A DNA stretch of 64,000 nucleotides, taken from positions 13,271 to 77,270 of the forward strand of contig JBBRXB010000004.1 in assembly GCA_038248915.1 (NCBI GenBank). The letters run 5' to 3'. Both the position numbers and the translations under genes were made by a program. Positions 48,333 to 57,863 of this stretch are shown piece after piece (within the stretch, counting starts at the first letter, position 1; each line of letters starts with the position of its first letter). Under the pieces are notes generated by a model, which worked only from the letters and a program-made list of their open reading frames with translations, did not search any database and was not told the origin of the DNA. The DNA is from Candidatus Limnocylindrales bacterium. Lineage in GTDB: Bacteria; Chloroflexota; Limnocylindria; Limnocylindrales; CSP1-4.

Positions 48333-49562
48333 ATGAGGTGTCGCAGCTTGGAGGGCAGCATCGTGGAGGTCTTCATCGGACTCGACTGGGGCGAGCAGCA
48401 TCACCAGGTTCACGCACTCGACGGCGGCGGTGCGACCCGGCTCTCGCTTCGCGTGCCGCACGACCGGTCCGGGCTTGAACGCTTGCGGGCTGCGCTGGCG
48501 ACGCTTGGCGACCCGGCCGAGGTCGGCGTCGCGATCGAGCGACGTGAGGGATTGCTCGTCGATCACCTACTCGCGTGGGGCCACCCGGTCTACCCGGTCA
48601 ACCCAAAGGTCGCGGCACGGGCCCGCGAGGGATACCGCGCCGCTCCGGTCAAGAGCGACGCTCTCGACGCGTTCGCCCTGGCCGACCTGCTCCGTCGTCA
48701 GGCCGCCGCATGGCGACCGCTCCGGCCGTCCAGCCCGACCCACGCGGAGCTCCAGGCCCTCGTCCGTGATCGGGAGCGGTTCGTCATCGAGCACCGTCGG
48801 CTGCAGCATCAGCTCCGCGCCGTCCTCGAGACCTACTACCCGGCCGCGACGAAGCTGTTCAGCGGACTTGACCGATCGATCACGATCGCCTTCCTGCGAC
48901 GGTATCCGGCACCGGCCGAGGCCGAGCGCCTGACTGTGCACCGCCTGGCGCGCTTCCTCGCCCGTCAGGGCTATACGGGTCGCACGGCACCACAGGTCCT
49001 CATCGAACGCATTCGAACACACGCCGGCACACCCAACAGTGGCGTCGATGTCGCCCGCGCCCGGGCGATGCTTGCCCTGGTCGACCTCCTCGAGCAGGTC
49101 GGCCGCGTCCTCGACGAGTACGCGACGGCGATCGCCGGCGTCCTCGAGCGTCATCCCGACACCGCGCTGTTCGCGAGCTTTCCGGGCACCGGCCTCGTGA
49201 CGACCGCCACGCTGCTTGCCGAGATCGGCGAGGACAGAACCCGCTTCCCCTCGCCTGGCAGTCTCTTGGCCGAGGCCGGTCTGGCGCCGGTCACACGCCA
49301 GTCTGGCTCGTCACGCCGGGTCAGCTTCCGCTACGCGGCGAACCACCATCTCCGGGCGATCTGGGGCCAGTGGATGCTGACCGCCATCCGGATCTCGCCC
49401 TGGACGCGCGCGGCCTACGACGCGGCGCGAGCTCGTGGTCAGACGCACAGCCGCGCGATCCGCTCGGTTGGCGCGCGCTGGGGTCGGATCCTGTGGCGCT
49501 GCTGGCTGGACCGCCAGACCTACGATCCGGCGCTCGATCGTCGGGTGGCGATGGCCGCCTGA
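48333..49562 (+). CDS. IS110-family transposase (apparently intact)
   Basis: 409 aa. VFIGLDWGEQHH, KSDALDAFALADLLR. C-terminal DDE-less IS110-type domain. The IS ends were not determined. Confidence 0.85.
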   Translation: MRCRSLEGSIVEVFIGLDWGEQHHQVHALDGGGATRLSLRVPHDRSGLERLRAALATLGDPAEVGVAIERREGLLVDHLLAWGHPVYPVNPKVAARAREGYRAAPVKSDALDAFALADLLRRQAAAWRPLRPSSPTHAELQALVRDRERFVIEHRRLQHQLRAVLETYYPAATKLFSGLDRSITIAFLRRYPAPAEAERLTVHRLARFLARQGYTGRTAPQVLIERIRTHAGTPNSGVDVARARAMLALVDLLEQVGRVLDEYATAIAGVLERHPDTALFASFPGTGLVTTATLLAEIGEDRTRFPSPGSLLAEAGLAPVTRQSGSSRRVSFRYAANHHLRAIWGQWMLTAIRISPWTRAAYDAARARGQTHSRAIRSVGARWGRILWRCWLDRQTYDPALDRRVAMAA

Positions 49563-49589
49563 CACCTGGAGGTTGACAGAGGGAGTCTG

Positions 49590-49720
49590 TCGGGTCCACT
49601 TCACGCAATGACGTCGGCTTTCATCAGCTCTTCGATCGCCCAGCGCAGGGCCTCGCGGGCCACGTCCGGCTCGCTCGAGCCGGGTGAGCAGTGCGATCCT
49701 CGTATCGGTCATCGCGACGG
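49590..49720 (-). pseudogene. IS256-family transposase N-terminal fragment
   Basis: Minus frame reads ..SEPDVAREALRWAIEELMKADVIA*. This resembles IS256 transposase N-termini. Confidence 0.4.
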
Positions 49721-49784
49721 TCTCCCTAACCCTGCTTGCAGGGGCAGGAAGTGACCATTTGAGCGAAGGTTGAGCCAATGTCGG

Positions 49785-50290
49785 CGTCCCAGATGTAGCA
49801 GTAGTAGACGTTGACGTAGACGCTCACGCGGCTGAAGCCGAACGTGAAGCCGCCCCGATCGAGGGCGCGTTTGGTGCCCTTCCATCCGCTGGTCCGCTCG
49901 TGTGCGACGCCGACCGCGACGAGGGCCGGGAGGAGCCGCTGCTCAACAGCCGCGTAGAGCGGCTTTATGGGGGCCTCCTTGCGTTCGTCCCGCTCGAATG
50001 CGATCCACGGGGCGCCCTGGCTCTCCGCAACGTCCGGAGGTCCATCACGAAGGCGTCGGACCGCGTCCGGAACAGGGCCGGCGACCCGGGCTCAGACTGG
50101 ACCGGCTGCGACAACGGAGTACCCGCTGAGGGTTACATCCTCCCGATCTGTGGTCTCGAAGCCTCCGCACGCGATCGCGAGGCGAGTCGTCGGGATACGG
50201 GATCGACGGGGATTCGTCGCACAGCCCGACACAGTGGAGGAGGACGGATTAGTGCGCCAAGGTCGTCAGCCGCCGGCCCCTTACGCGATA
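49785..50290 (-). pseudogene. Frameshifted fragment of an unidentified conserved gene (possibly transposase-associated)
   Basis: Minus strand reads ..RLAIACGGFETTDREDVTL.., then a stop and frame change, then ..GWKGTKRALDRGGFTFGFSRVSVYVNVYYCYIWDADIG. Truncated at about 49785. Confidence 0.3.
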
Positions 50291-50292
50291 CG

Positions 50293-51375
50293 TCAGGTCG
50301 TGAAACGACGCCCCTCGGCGCCGCCGCCGGCGTCAGCCAGGCTGTGCAGCCCGTCCACCCGACTAAGCGGTTCCAGCCCGTAGCGGAGGCGGCTCACGTT
50401 GAGCGCCGCGAACCGGGCGCGCCGTCTGGCCGTCGCGTCCGTTGCGCCTGCGACGTGCGGCGCCAGGATGATCCGATCGATACCGCGTAGCGGATGGTCG
50501 GGCCCTGCCGGTTCCCCTTCGACCACGTCGAGACCTGCCCCGAAAAGGTGCCCACTGCGGACGGCCTCGGCCAAGGCAAGTTCGTCGATCAGGCCCCCGC
50601 GGCTGACGTTGACGACAACCCCGCCGGGCCGGATCAGACCGATCCGGCGCGAGTCGAGGATGTCATGCGTCTCGTTGTTCAGGGGCACGTGAAGCGACAC
50701 GACATCGGCCTCCCCGAGCGCCTCGTCGAGCCGATCGAGGCCGCCGATCCAGGCCAGGTCGAAGCGTCGTACGAGATCTGGGTCCGGGCGCCGGTGGGCG
50801 ATTGCGATGACCCGCATGCTGAAGGCCACAGCCCGGCGAGCCAGCTGTCGGCCGCTGGCCCCGAGGCCGATGATCAGTAGCGTTCGACCCGCCAGCTGGC
50901 GTCCGGTCGGCTGGCCGACATGACCTACATCGATCGTGTGGTCGAATTCCTGGACGCTCCGTTCGACCATCATCGCGAGCAGGAGGGCGTGTTCCGCTAG
51001 TGATTGAGAACTCGTGAAGCCCGGCTGGTTGGCAACCGGGATGCCGTGCCGCGCTAGCGACGCCACGTCGACGTTGTCATACCCGACCGAGCCCAATTGC
51101 CAGAGCCGGACATGGCCCTCGGCCGCTTCCGCCAACGCCGCGGACGCCAGCATGGAAGTTTCCACCACGGCATCGATCGACCGATCGGCGACCTGGTCGA
51201 GGAGCGGACGGTCAGGGTCGGCCACCACGAAGTCATGCGCGCGCGACAGGGCCGCCTCAATTTCGCGGCCCCAAGGCTCCCAGTTCGGCGCTGCCCGCGA
51301 TCCGGTGAACAGAACACGGATCCGCGGCCGGGTGGCCGGTGTCATAGTCATGCCGCCGGGCCTCCGATGGGTCAT
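50293..51375 (-). CDS. D-isomer-specific 2-hydroxyacid dehydrogenase family, NAD-binding
   Basis: LLIIGLGASGRQLARR Rossmann motif. ILAPHVAGAT. The start may be an internal Met (MTMTPATRP). Confidence 0.8.
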   Translation of the reverse strand: MTHRRPGGMTMTPATRPRIRVLFTGSRAAPNWEPWGREIEAALSRAHDFVVADPDRPLLDQVADRSIDAVVETSMLASAALAEAAEGHVRLWQLGSVGYDNVDVASLARHGIPVANQPGFTSSQSLAEHALLLAMMVERSVQEFDHTIDVGHVGQPTGRQLAGRTLLIIGLGASGRQLARRAVAFSMRVIAIAHRRPDPDLVRRFDLAWIGGLDRLDEALGEADVVSLHVPLNNETHDILDSRRIGLIRPGGVVVNVSRGGLIDELALAEAVRSGHLFGAGLDVVEGEPAGPDHPLRGIDRIILAPHVAGATDATARRRARFAALNVSRLRYGLEPLSRVDGLHSLADAGGGAEGRRFTT

Positions 51376-51512
51376 GGTCGTTTGGCCGCCTGCCGAACGG
51401 TGTGACTAGCTCCCAGAGCGAAACAAGTATACGCTGGGCAAAAGTCGGGCCCGCACGTTGCCCGCCCGTGAGGGTGGGAAGGCGCGGACGGAGATCGGCT
51501 GGTCGGAGCTGT

Positions 51513-54455
51513 TCAGATGCCGAGGGTTTGGCGCACGGTCGAGATCAGCGCGGTCGCCTGCAGTTCCGAGGTCTGCTCGAGTTGCATGACGCAACTGAAG
51601 CCGTCGGCGACGACCGTGTCCTGACCGGCGCGCTCGGTCGCGCTGCGGACCTTCGGCAGCCACTGCTCCTCGGCGATCTGGCGCGAGATGGAGGCGTGCT
51701 CGGCGCGGTACCCGAACGACCCGGCGAGGCCGCAGCAGCCGGCGTCGAGGATCATCGCTGGTCGTCCGATGGCCCGCAGCAGCTCGCGGTCCGACTTGGG
51801 CGTACCGATCGCACGGCCGTGGCAGTGCGGCTGGACGACGAGCGGCGGCTCGGGCGTCCCATCCCTCGGCTGCCCGAGTCGATGGACCGCCACCAGGCGA
51901 GCGAACCCAGCCGACCCGACGAGGTGCTCGGCAGGGCTCCGCGCCAGCAAGGCGAGGACGGCTGCCCGCGGATCGTCCGGGAGCATGGCCGGCAGCTCGT
52001 CCCGGAAGGCCGCGAGGCAGGACGGTTCAGGAACGATGACCGGGATCCCTCGCGCGGTCCACGGCTCGAGGACGTCGAGGAGCTGACCCAGCGTGCGGCG
52101 CGCCCGGTCGAGCATCCCGCCGTCGTACAGCGTCCGGCCGCAGCAGGCCCAGCGCGACGGGACCGCGACGCGCTCGCCACTCGCTTCGAGGACGGCCACC
52201 AGGTCGTCGGCGACGCCGGGTTGAAAGGCATCGGTGAAGGTGTCAGGCCAGACGACGACGGTGGCGTCCGCGAGATCGCGGTGGGCCTTCGCGACTGGGC
52301 CGCGGCGGAATGGCCGGCGAGCGAACCGTGGCGCCGGGCGAGTTGTGGTGACACCGGCGACGGCGCGGATCGCGCGTCCGACGCCGGGCAGCCGGAGGGT
52401 CGTGTTCGGCAACCAGGTGACTCGTGACACGGCCCGTGCGGCCCACGGAAGCAAACCCAGTGCGAGCATTGATCGCGGTCGCCGACGGCCGTCGTAGTAA
52501 TGCGACAGGAATTCCGCCTTGTACGAGGCGATGTCGACTCGGGTCGGGCAATCGGTCAGGCAACCCTTGCAGGACAGGCACAAGTCGAGCGCGTCCTTGA
52601 CGTCCTCGTTGTGCCAGGTGGCCGGCGTCGTTTCTCCCTGGAACATCTCGACCAGGAGGCGGGCCCGACCACGGGTGGAGTGACGCTCGTCCCGGGTCGC
52701 GCGGTAGGACGGACACATCGTGCCGGCGTCGGTGCGCACGCAACGCCCCACCCCGACGCACCGCTCGGCCCCGGTCTGAAGGGCACCGGCGCCGGCACCG
52801 AAGATGTCGACCAGCCGTGGCGTGCCAGCCTGGATGTGGTCGGGGCCGAAACGGAGATTGCTGTCGAGCGGGAAGGCATCCACGCCCTTGCCTGGGTTCA
52901 TCCGGCCACGCGGGTCGAATGCGGCCTTGAATCTGCGGAACGCGCCGACCAGCGTCGGTCCGTACATCCGCTCGAGCAGCTCACCGCGCGCCTGGCCGTC
53001 GCCGTGCTCGCCGGACAGCGACCCACCGAGCGACACGACGAGGTCGGCCGCGCGCTCGATGAAGGAGCGGTAATCGCGCAGCCCGGCGGCGGTCGAGAAG
53101 TCGAATGGGTTGCGGGTGTGGGCGCAGCCCTGACCGAAGTGACCGTACAGCGACCCCGAATAGCCGAACTCGGCCCACAGCGCGGTGAGGGCGCGCAGAT
53201 AGCGGCCCAGCTGTTCCGGCGCAACTGCGGCGTCCTCCCAACCCTCGAAGTTGTGGGTCCCGTCGGCCGACAGGGCGGTGACGCCTAGCGCTGATTCGCG
53301 AATCAGCCACGTCCGCGCCTGGCGCTCGGGATCGTCGTAGCGGCGCGAGTCGACCCCGGGCGAGAGACTGGCAATGAACGCCACGGCCAGGGCGTCCGCG
53401 GCAGCCGGGTCGTCGGCTCCGAGTTCGGCGATGAGCCAGCCGCGTCCATCGGGCAGCAGCTCGAGATGCTCGACGTTGAGGGGTCGCTCGCGCATCTGCT
53501 CGACGAGCCGGCTGTCGAAGCCCTCGAGTGCCAGCAGCGGGTGCCGCAGGTGATCGGGGACCGAGTCGGCGGCGACGAAGATGTCGGGATAGCCCATGAC
53601 GACCAGGCGTCGATGTCTGGGTGATGGGATCAGGCGTACGGTCGCCTCGGTGACGATCCCGCAGGCGGACTCCGTTCCGACCACCGCCCGTGCTACATGG
53701 AAGCCGGATTCGGGCAACAGCTGGTCGAGGTTGTAGCCGCTCACCCGTCTGGGGATGTCGGGGAACCGCTCGCGGACCTCCACCGCATGCTCCCGGACGA
53801 TCGCCCCCAGTTCGTCGAGGAGGCCGGCAAGCGGACCGCCGGCCACCCTGGCCGCCTCGAGCGCCGCTGCGTCGAAGGCGCCGAGGTCCAGGGTCGTCCC
53901 GCCGTAGGTGACCAGGGTCAGGCGCTCGACATTGTCGACGGTCTTGCCGGCGAACAAGGCATGACTGCCGCACGAGTTATTGCCGATCATCCCGCCGAGC
54001 GTGCACCAGGCGTGGGTCGCCGGGTCCGGCCCGAAGGTCAGGCCGTGTTCCTCGGCCGCACGCCGGAGGTCGTCCAGGACGACGCCGGGCTGGACGCGAG
54101 CGATCCGGGCGACCGGATCGAGTTCGAGGATCCGGGTCATGTGCCGGCTGAGGTCGACCACGACCGCGACATTGCAGGCCTGGCCGGCCAGACTCGTCCC
54201 GGCGCCTCGGGCGACGACTGCCGCATCGGCATCGGCGCAGATCCGCAGCGTCGCCACGACGTCGTCGTGGTCGAGCGGGAGGACGACACCGAGCGGGACC
54301 TGGCGATAGTTGGATGCGTCGGCCGCGTACACGGAGCGTGTGCCGCTGTCGAACGCGACCGACCCGCGCAGCCCGGCCCGAAGCGCCGCCTCGAGATCGA
54401 GCCGACCGGGCTCGGTGACCGTCGACCGGTCGACCCGGCCGCCCTGCGCGGTCAT
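51513..54455 (-). CDS. FAD-linked oxidase fused to an Fe-S/CCG domain (GlcD + GlcF-like; lactate/glycolate-type dehydrogenase)
   Basis: ATG 54455, 2 nt after the upstream stop. FAD-PCMH ARGAGTSLAGQ. 4Fe-4S motifs CVGVGRCVR and CLSCKGCLTDCP. C-terminal CCG motifs (ACCGRT, GCCGLAGSFG). About 980 aa. Confidence 0.8.
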   Translation of the reverse strand: MTAQGGRVDRSTVTEPGRLDLEAALRAGLRGSVAFDSGTRSVYAADASNYRQVPLGVVLPLDHDDVVATLRICADADAAVVARGAGTSLAGQACNVAVVVDLSRHMTRILELDPVARIARVQPGVVLDDLRRAAEEHGLTFGPDPATHAWCTLGGMIGNNSCGSHALFAGKTVDNVERLTLVTYGGTTLDLGAFDAAALEAARVAGGPLAGLLDELGAIVREHAVEVRERFPDIPRRVSGYNLDQLLPESGFHVARAVVGTESACGIVTEATVRLIPSPRHRRLVVMGYPDIFVAADSVPDHLRHPLLALEGFDSRLVEQMRERPLNVEHLELLPDGRGWLIAELGADDPAAADALAVAFIASLSPGVDSRRYDDPERQARTWLIRESALGVTALSADGTHNFEGWEDAAVAPEQLGRYLRALTALWAEFGYSGSLYGHFGQGCAHTRNPFDFSTAAGLRDYRSFIERAADLVVSLGGSLSGEHGDGQARGELLERMYGPTLVGAFRRFKAAFDPRGRMNPGKGVDAFPLDSNLRFGPDHIQAGTPRLVDIFGAGAGALQTGAERCVGVGRCVRTDAGTMCPSYRATRDERHSTRGRARLLVEMFQGETTPATWHNEDVKDALDLCLSCKGCLTDCPTRVDIASYKAEFLSHYYDGRRRPRSMLALGLLPWAARAVSRVTWLPNTTLRLPGVGRAIRAVAGVTTTRPAPRFARRPFRRGPVAKAHRDLADATVVVWPDTFTDAFQPGVADDLVAVLEASGERVAVPSRWACCGRTLYDGGMLDRARRTLGQLLDVLEPWTARGIPVIVPEPSCLAAFRDELPAMLPDDPRAAVLALLARSPAEHLVGSAGFARLVAVHRLGQPRDGTPEPPLVVQPHCHGRAIGTPKSDRELLRAIGRPAMILDAGCCGLAGSFGYRAEHASISRQIAEEQWLPKVRSATERAGQDTVVADGFSCVMQLEQTSELQATALISTVRQTLGI

Positions 54456-54457
54456 GG

Positions 54458-55321
54458 TCACGGTGCGGCGATGAAGCGCTGTCGCTGCGAGCCCGGGCCC
54501 CCGATGCCGAGTTCGCCCACGTCGCCAGCGCGGAAATAGGGTTTGTCGGGTCGGCCCATCGCGACTCCGGGCGGCGTCCCCGTGTTGATCAGGTCGCCCG
54601 GCTTCAGGACTATGAACTGGCTCAGGTAGCGGACGATCTCTGCCACCCCGAAGACCATGGTCGGGGTCGAGCCGGTCTGCCGCCGCTCGCCGTTGACCTT
54701 GAGCCACATATCTAGGGAACCCGGGTCGCCGATCTCGTCGGGTGTCGCCAGCCAGGGGCCGGCGGGATTGAACGTCTCGCAGGACTTGCCCTTGGCCCAT
54801 TGTCCGCCGCGATCGAGCTGGAATTCGCGCTCCGAGACATCGTGACTGCCGAGGTATCCGGCAATCGGGGCCAGCGCCCCCTCGTCCGAGTCATGGTAGC
54901 GACAGGTCCGTCCGATGACGATCCCAAGTGCGACCTCCCAGTCCGTCTTCGTCGAGCGGCGCGGGATGTGGACGTCGTCATTCGGCCCGACGAGGATGTT
55001 GGTCGTCTTGAAGAAGACGATCGGTTCACCCGGGATGGCACTGCGGAATTCGGCAGCGTGATCGGCGTAGTTGAGCCCGATGCAGATGATCGTTCCGGGT
55101 CGGCCGGTGGGGGAGCCGATCCGTCCATCGGGCATGGCGATCGCGTCGGCGGTATGTGCGGCCGCGAACGCCTGGAGCCGCTCGAGGCCGTCCTGCGCGA
55201 AGAACGCCGGGCCGAAGTCATCAACTTCGTCCGCGATATCGATGACGCGCTCGTCGGACAGCAGGATGTGAGGCCGCTCTTCGCCGAGAGCACCGAGCCG
55301 AATGAGTCGCACGGATCGCAT
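54458..55321 (-). CDS. Fumarylacetoacetate hydrolase (FAH) family protein
   Basis: ATG 55321 inside track ORF 54458..55438. GLNYADHAAE and TGTPPGV motifs. Confidence 0.8.
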   Translation of the reverse strand: MRSVRLIRLGALGEERPHILLSDERVIDIADEVDDFGPAFFAQDGLERLQAFAAAHTADAIAMPDGRIGSPTGRPGTIICIGLNYADHAAEFRSAIPGEPIVFFKTTNILVGPNDDVHIPRRSTKTDWEVALGIVIGRTCRYHDSDEGALAPIAGYLGSHDVSEREFQLDRGGQWAKGKSCETFNPAGPWLATPDEIGDPGSLDMWLKVNGERRQTGSTPTMVFGVAEIVRYLSQFIVLKPGDLINTGTPPGVAMGRPDKPYFRAGDVGELGIGGPGSQRQRFIAAP

Positions 55322-55403
55322 TATGAACTCGCGGTTTACGCGCGCGGTGTCGGGCCAGGTGATCGGCTTCCTATCGCGGCGGCACGGGACGTAGCGGGTC
55401 CTC

Positions 55404-56888
55404 TCACGGTGCATCGTCGGACTCGAACAGGCCAGCACCAGGGAGTCCCTCCACGTAGATGGTCTTCGTCTGCGTATAGAACTCGACAGCCGACCGGCCC
55501 TGCTCTCGCGACCATGATGACGAGGCCTTCATCCCGCCGAACGGGAGGTGCGGTTCAGCTCCTGCTGTCTCGCCATTGATGTGGATGATCCCTGCCCGCG
55601 CGGCATGAGCGAAGGTGTCGGCGGCAGCGAGGTCGGACGTGAAGATTGCGGCGGACAGCCCGTACTCGACGCTATCATGGATTCGAATCGCCTCGTCCAA
55701 ATCACTAGCCGGCATCATGGCGAGGACCGGACCGAACACCTCCAAGCGAGCGATCGGCATGGATGAGTCGACGCCATCGAGGAGGACGGCGGGCGCGAAT
55801 GCACCATCGCCGGGCACCTCGCGGCGCTCGACGATCCTGGCCCCCGCGTCGAGAGCACGCTGGACCATTCCATCGATCCTGTCCCGCGCCGCTTCGTCGA
55901 TCACCGGGCCGAGGGTGGTGGTCGGAGCAAGCGGGTCGCCCGGGAGGAGACGGGCGACCCGCTGCGCAAGGGATGATCGGAGAGGGTCAATCGACGCCCC
56001 GATCGCGATGACCCGAGACGTCGCCGTGCACTTCTGGCCAGCTGAACTGAATGCACCGCGCGCGATCAGGTCGGCAGCCCGCTCGACGTCGGCGTCTTCG
56101 GCTACAACGACGGCATTCTTGCCGCCGAGCTCGAGCTGAACGCGAAGGTGGCCGGCGAGAGCGCGAGCCTGGAGTCGTCGGCCGACACCCTCCGAGCCCG
56201 TAAAGGAGAGCGCATCGACGCCGCCTGACCCGAGCCAGGCGTCTTCGACCACGTCACCCGAGGCAAGGATCAGATTGAGGACACCGGGCGGCAGGCCAGC
56301 ATCCAGGAGTGCCTCGACCAAGCGCATCGCGGTGAGCGGCGTGGCCGAGGCCGGCTTGAACACAACAGTGTTTCCGTACGCGAGCGCAGGCGCGATCTTC
56401 CACGCGGGGATCGCGATCGGGAAGTTCCATGGGGTGATGACCGCGACGACGCCGATAGGCTGGCGGAGCGTGCTGACCCGCGTCCCGAGCGTCACCGACG
56501 CGTAGACCTCGCCAATCGGCTCGCTGGTCTGGCCGGCAAAGTAGCGCAGTATCGACGCGGCGCGCCGCACTTCGCCAACCCCCTCGGCTAGGGTCTTGCC
56601 TTCCTCGCGCGTTAATTCCGCTCCGATCTTCTCGGCACGCTCGAACAACAGGGCCGCCGCCCTGAACAGGACCTCGCCCCGCGCGAGCGCCGGGGTCCGC
56701 GCCCAGCCAGGACGTGCCGCACGAGCCGCGGCGCTGGCCGAACGCGCTAGGGCCGCATCGGCTCCGGGAACCACCGCAACCAGGTCGGACGGCCGCGCCG
56801 GGTTGCGGTCCTCCGCGGCCATCGGTCCGTCGATCCAGGAGTCGCCGATCCGATGCCGTACGGCCACCACGCTCCCATCTCGGCTCAC
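55404..56888 (-). CDS. NAD(P)-dependent aldehyde dehydrogenase
   Basis: GTG 56888 with GGAGGG 8 nt upstream. LELGGKNA and catalytic-Cys region AGQKCTA. Confidence 0.85.
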   Translation of the reverse strand: MSRDGSVVAVRHRIGDSWIDGPMAAEDRNPARPSDLVAVVPGADAALARSASAAARAARPGWARTPALARGEVLFRAAALLFERAEKIGAELTREEGKTLAEGVGEVRRAASILRYFAGQTSEPIGEVYASVTLGTRVSTLRQPIGVVAVITPWNFPIAIPAWKIAPALAYGNTVVFKPASATPLTAMRLVEALLDAGLPPGVLNLILASGDVVEDAWLGSGGVDALSFTGSEGVGRRLQARALAGHLRVQLELGGKNAVVVAEDADVERAADLIARGAFSSAGQKCTATSRVIAIGASIDPLRSSLAQRVARLLPGDPLAPTTTLGPVIDEAARDRIDGMVQRALDAGARIVERREVPGDGAFAPAVLLDGVDSSMPIARLEVFGPVLAMMPASDLDEAIRIHDSVEYGLSAAIFTSDLAAADTFAHAARAGIIHINGETAGAEPHLPFGGMKASSSWSREQGRSAVEFYTQTKTIYVEGLPGAGLFESDDAP

Positions 56889-56904
56889 GTTCGGGGCCCT
56901 CCGT

Positions 56905-57720
56905 TCACCCGTGGGCAGTGCCGGAACCTGACCGCGCGGTGAGTTGGTCCGGCGTAGCCCCAGGAGTGACTGGCCCGAATCGCGGAGGCAGCCATCCAAT
57001 CACGGCCTCGAGGAACCCCGGCAGGTTGTCCTTATGGATATTGTGCCCGGCAGCAGGAACGATGATGACTGCGTCAGGCCCGAGGACCATCCTGAGCTCA
57101 TTTACGAGAGTAGGGCCGACCCAATCGCTTGATTCGGGCAGGATGCAAAGGGTCGGTACGAGCGGAACGACAGCTCCAAGGAGCGTGGTCAAATCCCAAG
57201 GTGCATTGCCGACGAAAATCTGTCGTGCTTGAGGCCAAGCCAACGACGCAAGCGCCCGCAGTCGCACCTTCGCATCATCGGGAGACGCTTGCGGGTTCGC
57301 CTCCAAGTACGCCGACATTTCTCGGGGCGTCGCCTCTACTTCATCGATTACGGAAGCCGCACGCTCGGCCGACGGCATGACAAGGACCGGATCTTCGAGC
57401 ACCAGATGCCGCGGCTCAAGCGCCTTTTCAGATGCGGCGAGCACTGCGAGCGTCCCACCGAGGGAGTGACCGATCAGCAGTTCCGGGCGCCGTGGGACCG
57501 TTTCCCGAATGTCGCCTACCAGCGTCCTGAGCGCGTACCCGACGTTGGGTTTTGGACTGTCCCCGTGGCCACGCAAGTCAGGCGCGATGCTGTAGTAGCC
57601 CAGTTTCCCAAGGGCCATGCCGGTCTGCACCCAACTCCCGGCGCTCCCGGTAATTCCGTGTAGAAGTACCGCCACACGCGTCGATGACGAGTCCCCCCAG
57701 GTCGTAACGTGCAGTTTCAC
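56905..57720 (-). CDS. Alpha/beta-fold hydrolase
   Basis: GTG 57720 with GGAAGGG upstream. Nucleophile elbow GHSLGG. 271 aa. A longer track ORF would run through the LacI operators. Confidence 0.7.
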   Translation of the reverse strand: MKLHVTTWGDSSSTRVAVLLHGITGSAGSWVQTGMALGKLGYYSIAPDLRGHGDSPKPNVGYALRTLVGDIRETVPRRPELLIGHSLGGTLAVLAASEKALEPRHLVLEDPVLVMPSAERAASVIDEVEATPREMSAYLEANPQASPDDAKVRLRALASLAWPQARQIFVGNAPWDLTTLLGAVVPLVPTLCILPESSDWVGPTLVNELRMVLGPDAVIIVPAAGHNIHKDNLPGFLEAVIGWLPPRFGPVTPGATPDQLTARSGSGTAHG

Positions 57721-57740
57721 GGCGCGGCCCTTCCAGAACA

Positions 57741-57755
57741 CAAAGCGATTTGCAT
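57741..57755. promoter_or_regulatory. LacI-family operator half/partial site
   Basis: CAAAGCGATTTGCAT is the reverse complement of most of the 57832-57849 site. Confidence 0.45.
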
Positions 57756-57831
57756 GCAAGCTACCACATGCCTGCGAGAGCAGGAAGCTGCCCAATACAA
57801 GAAGATTGACTAGCGCCGAATGGCTGGTAGT

Positions 57832-57849
57832 ATGCAAATCGCTTTGCAT
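57832..57849. promoter_or_regulatory. LacI-family operator (palindromic)
   Basis: ATGCAAA-tcgc-TTTGCAT, 15 nt upstream of the LacI-type regulator start. Confidence 0.55.
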
Positions 57850-57863
57850 CACGAGGTGGGATT

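Noticed and set aside
47289-48566. 425-aa minus-strand ORF across the IS debris.
   Set aside because: It is antisense to recognisable IS110 and IS256 coding remnants, and its translation is low complexity.
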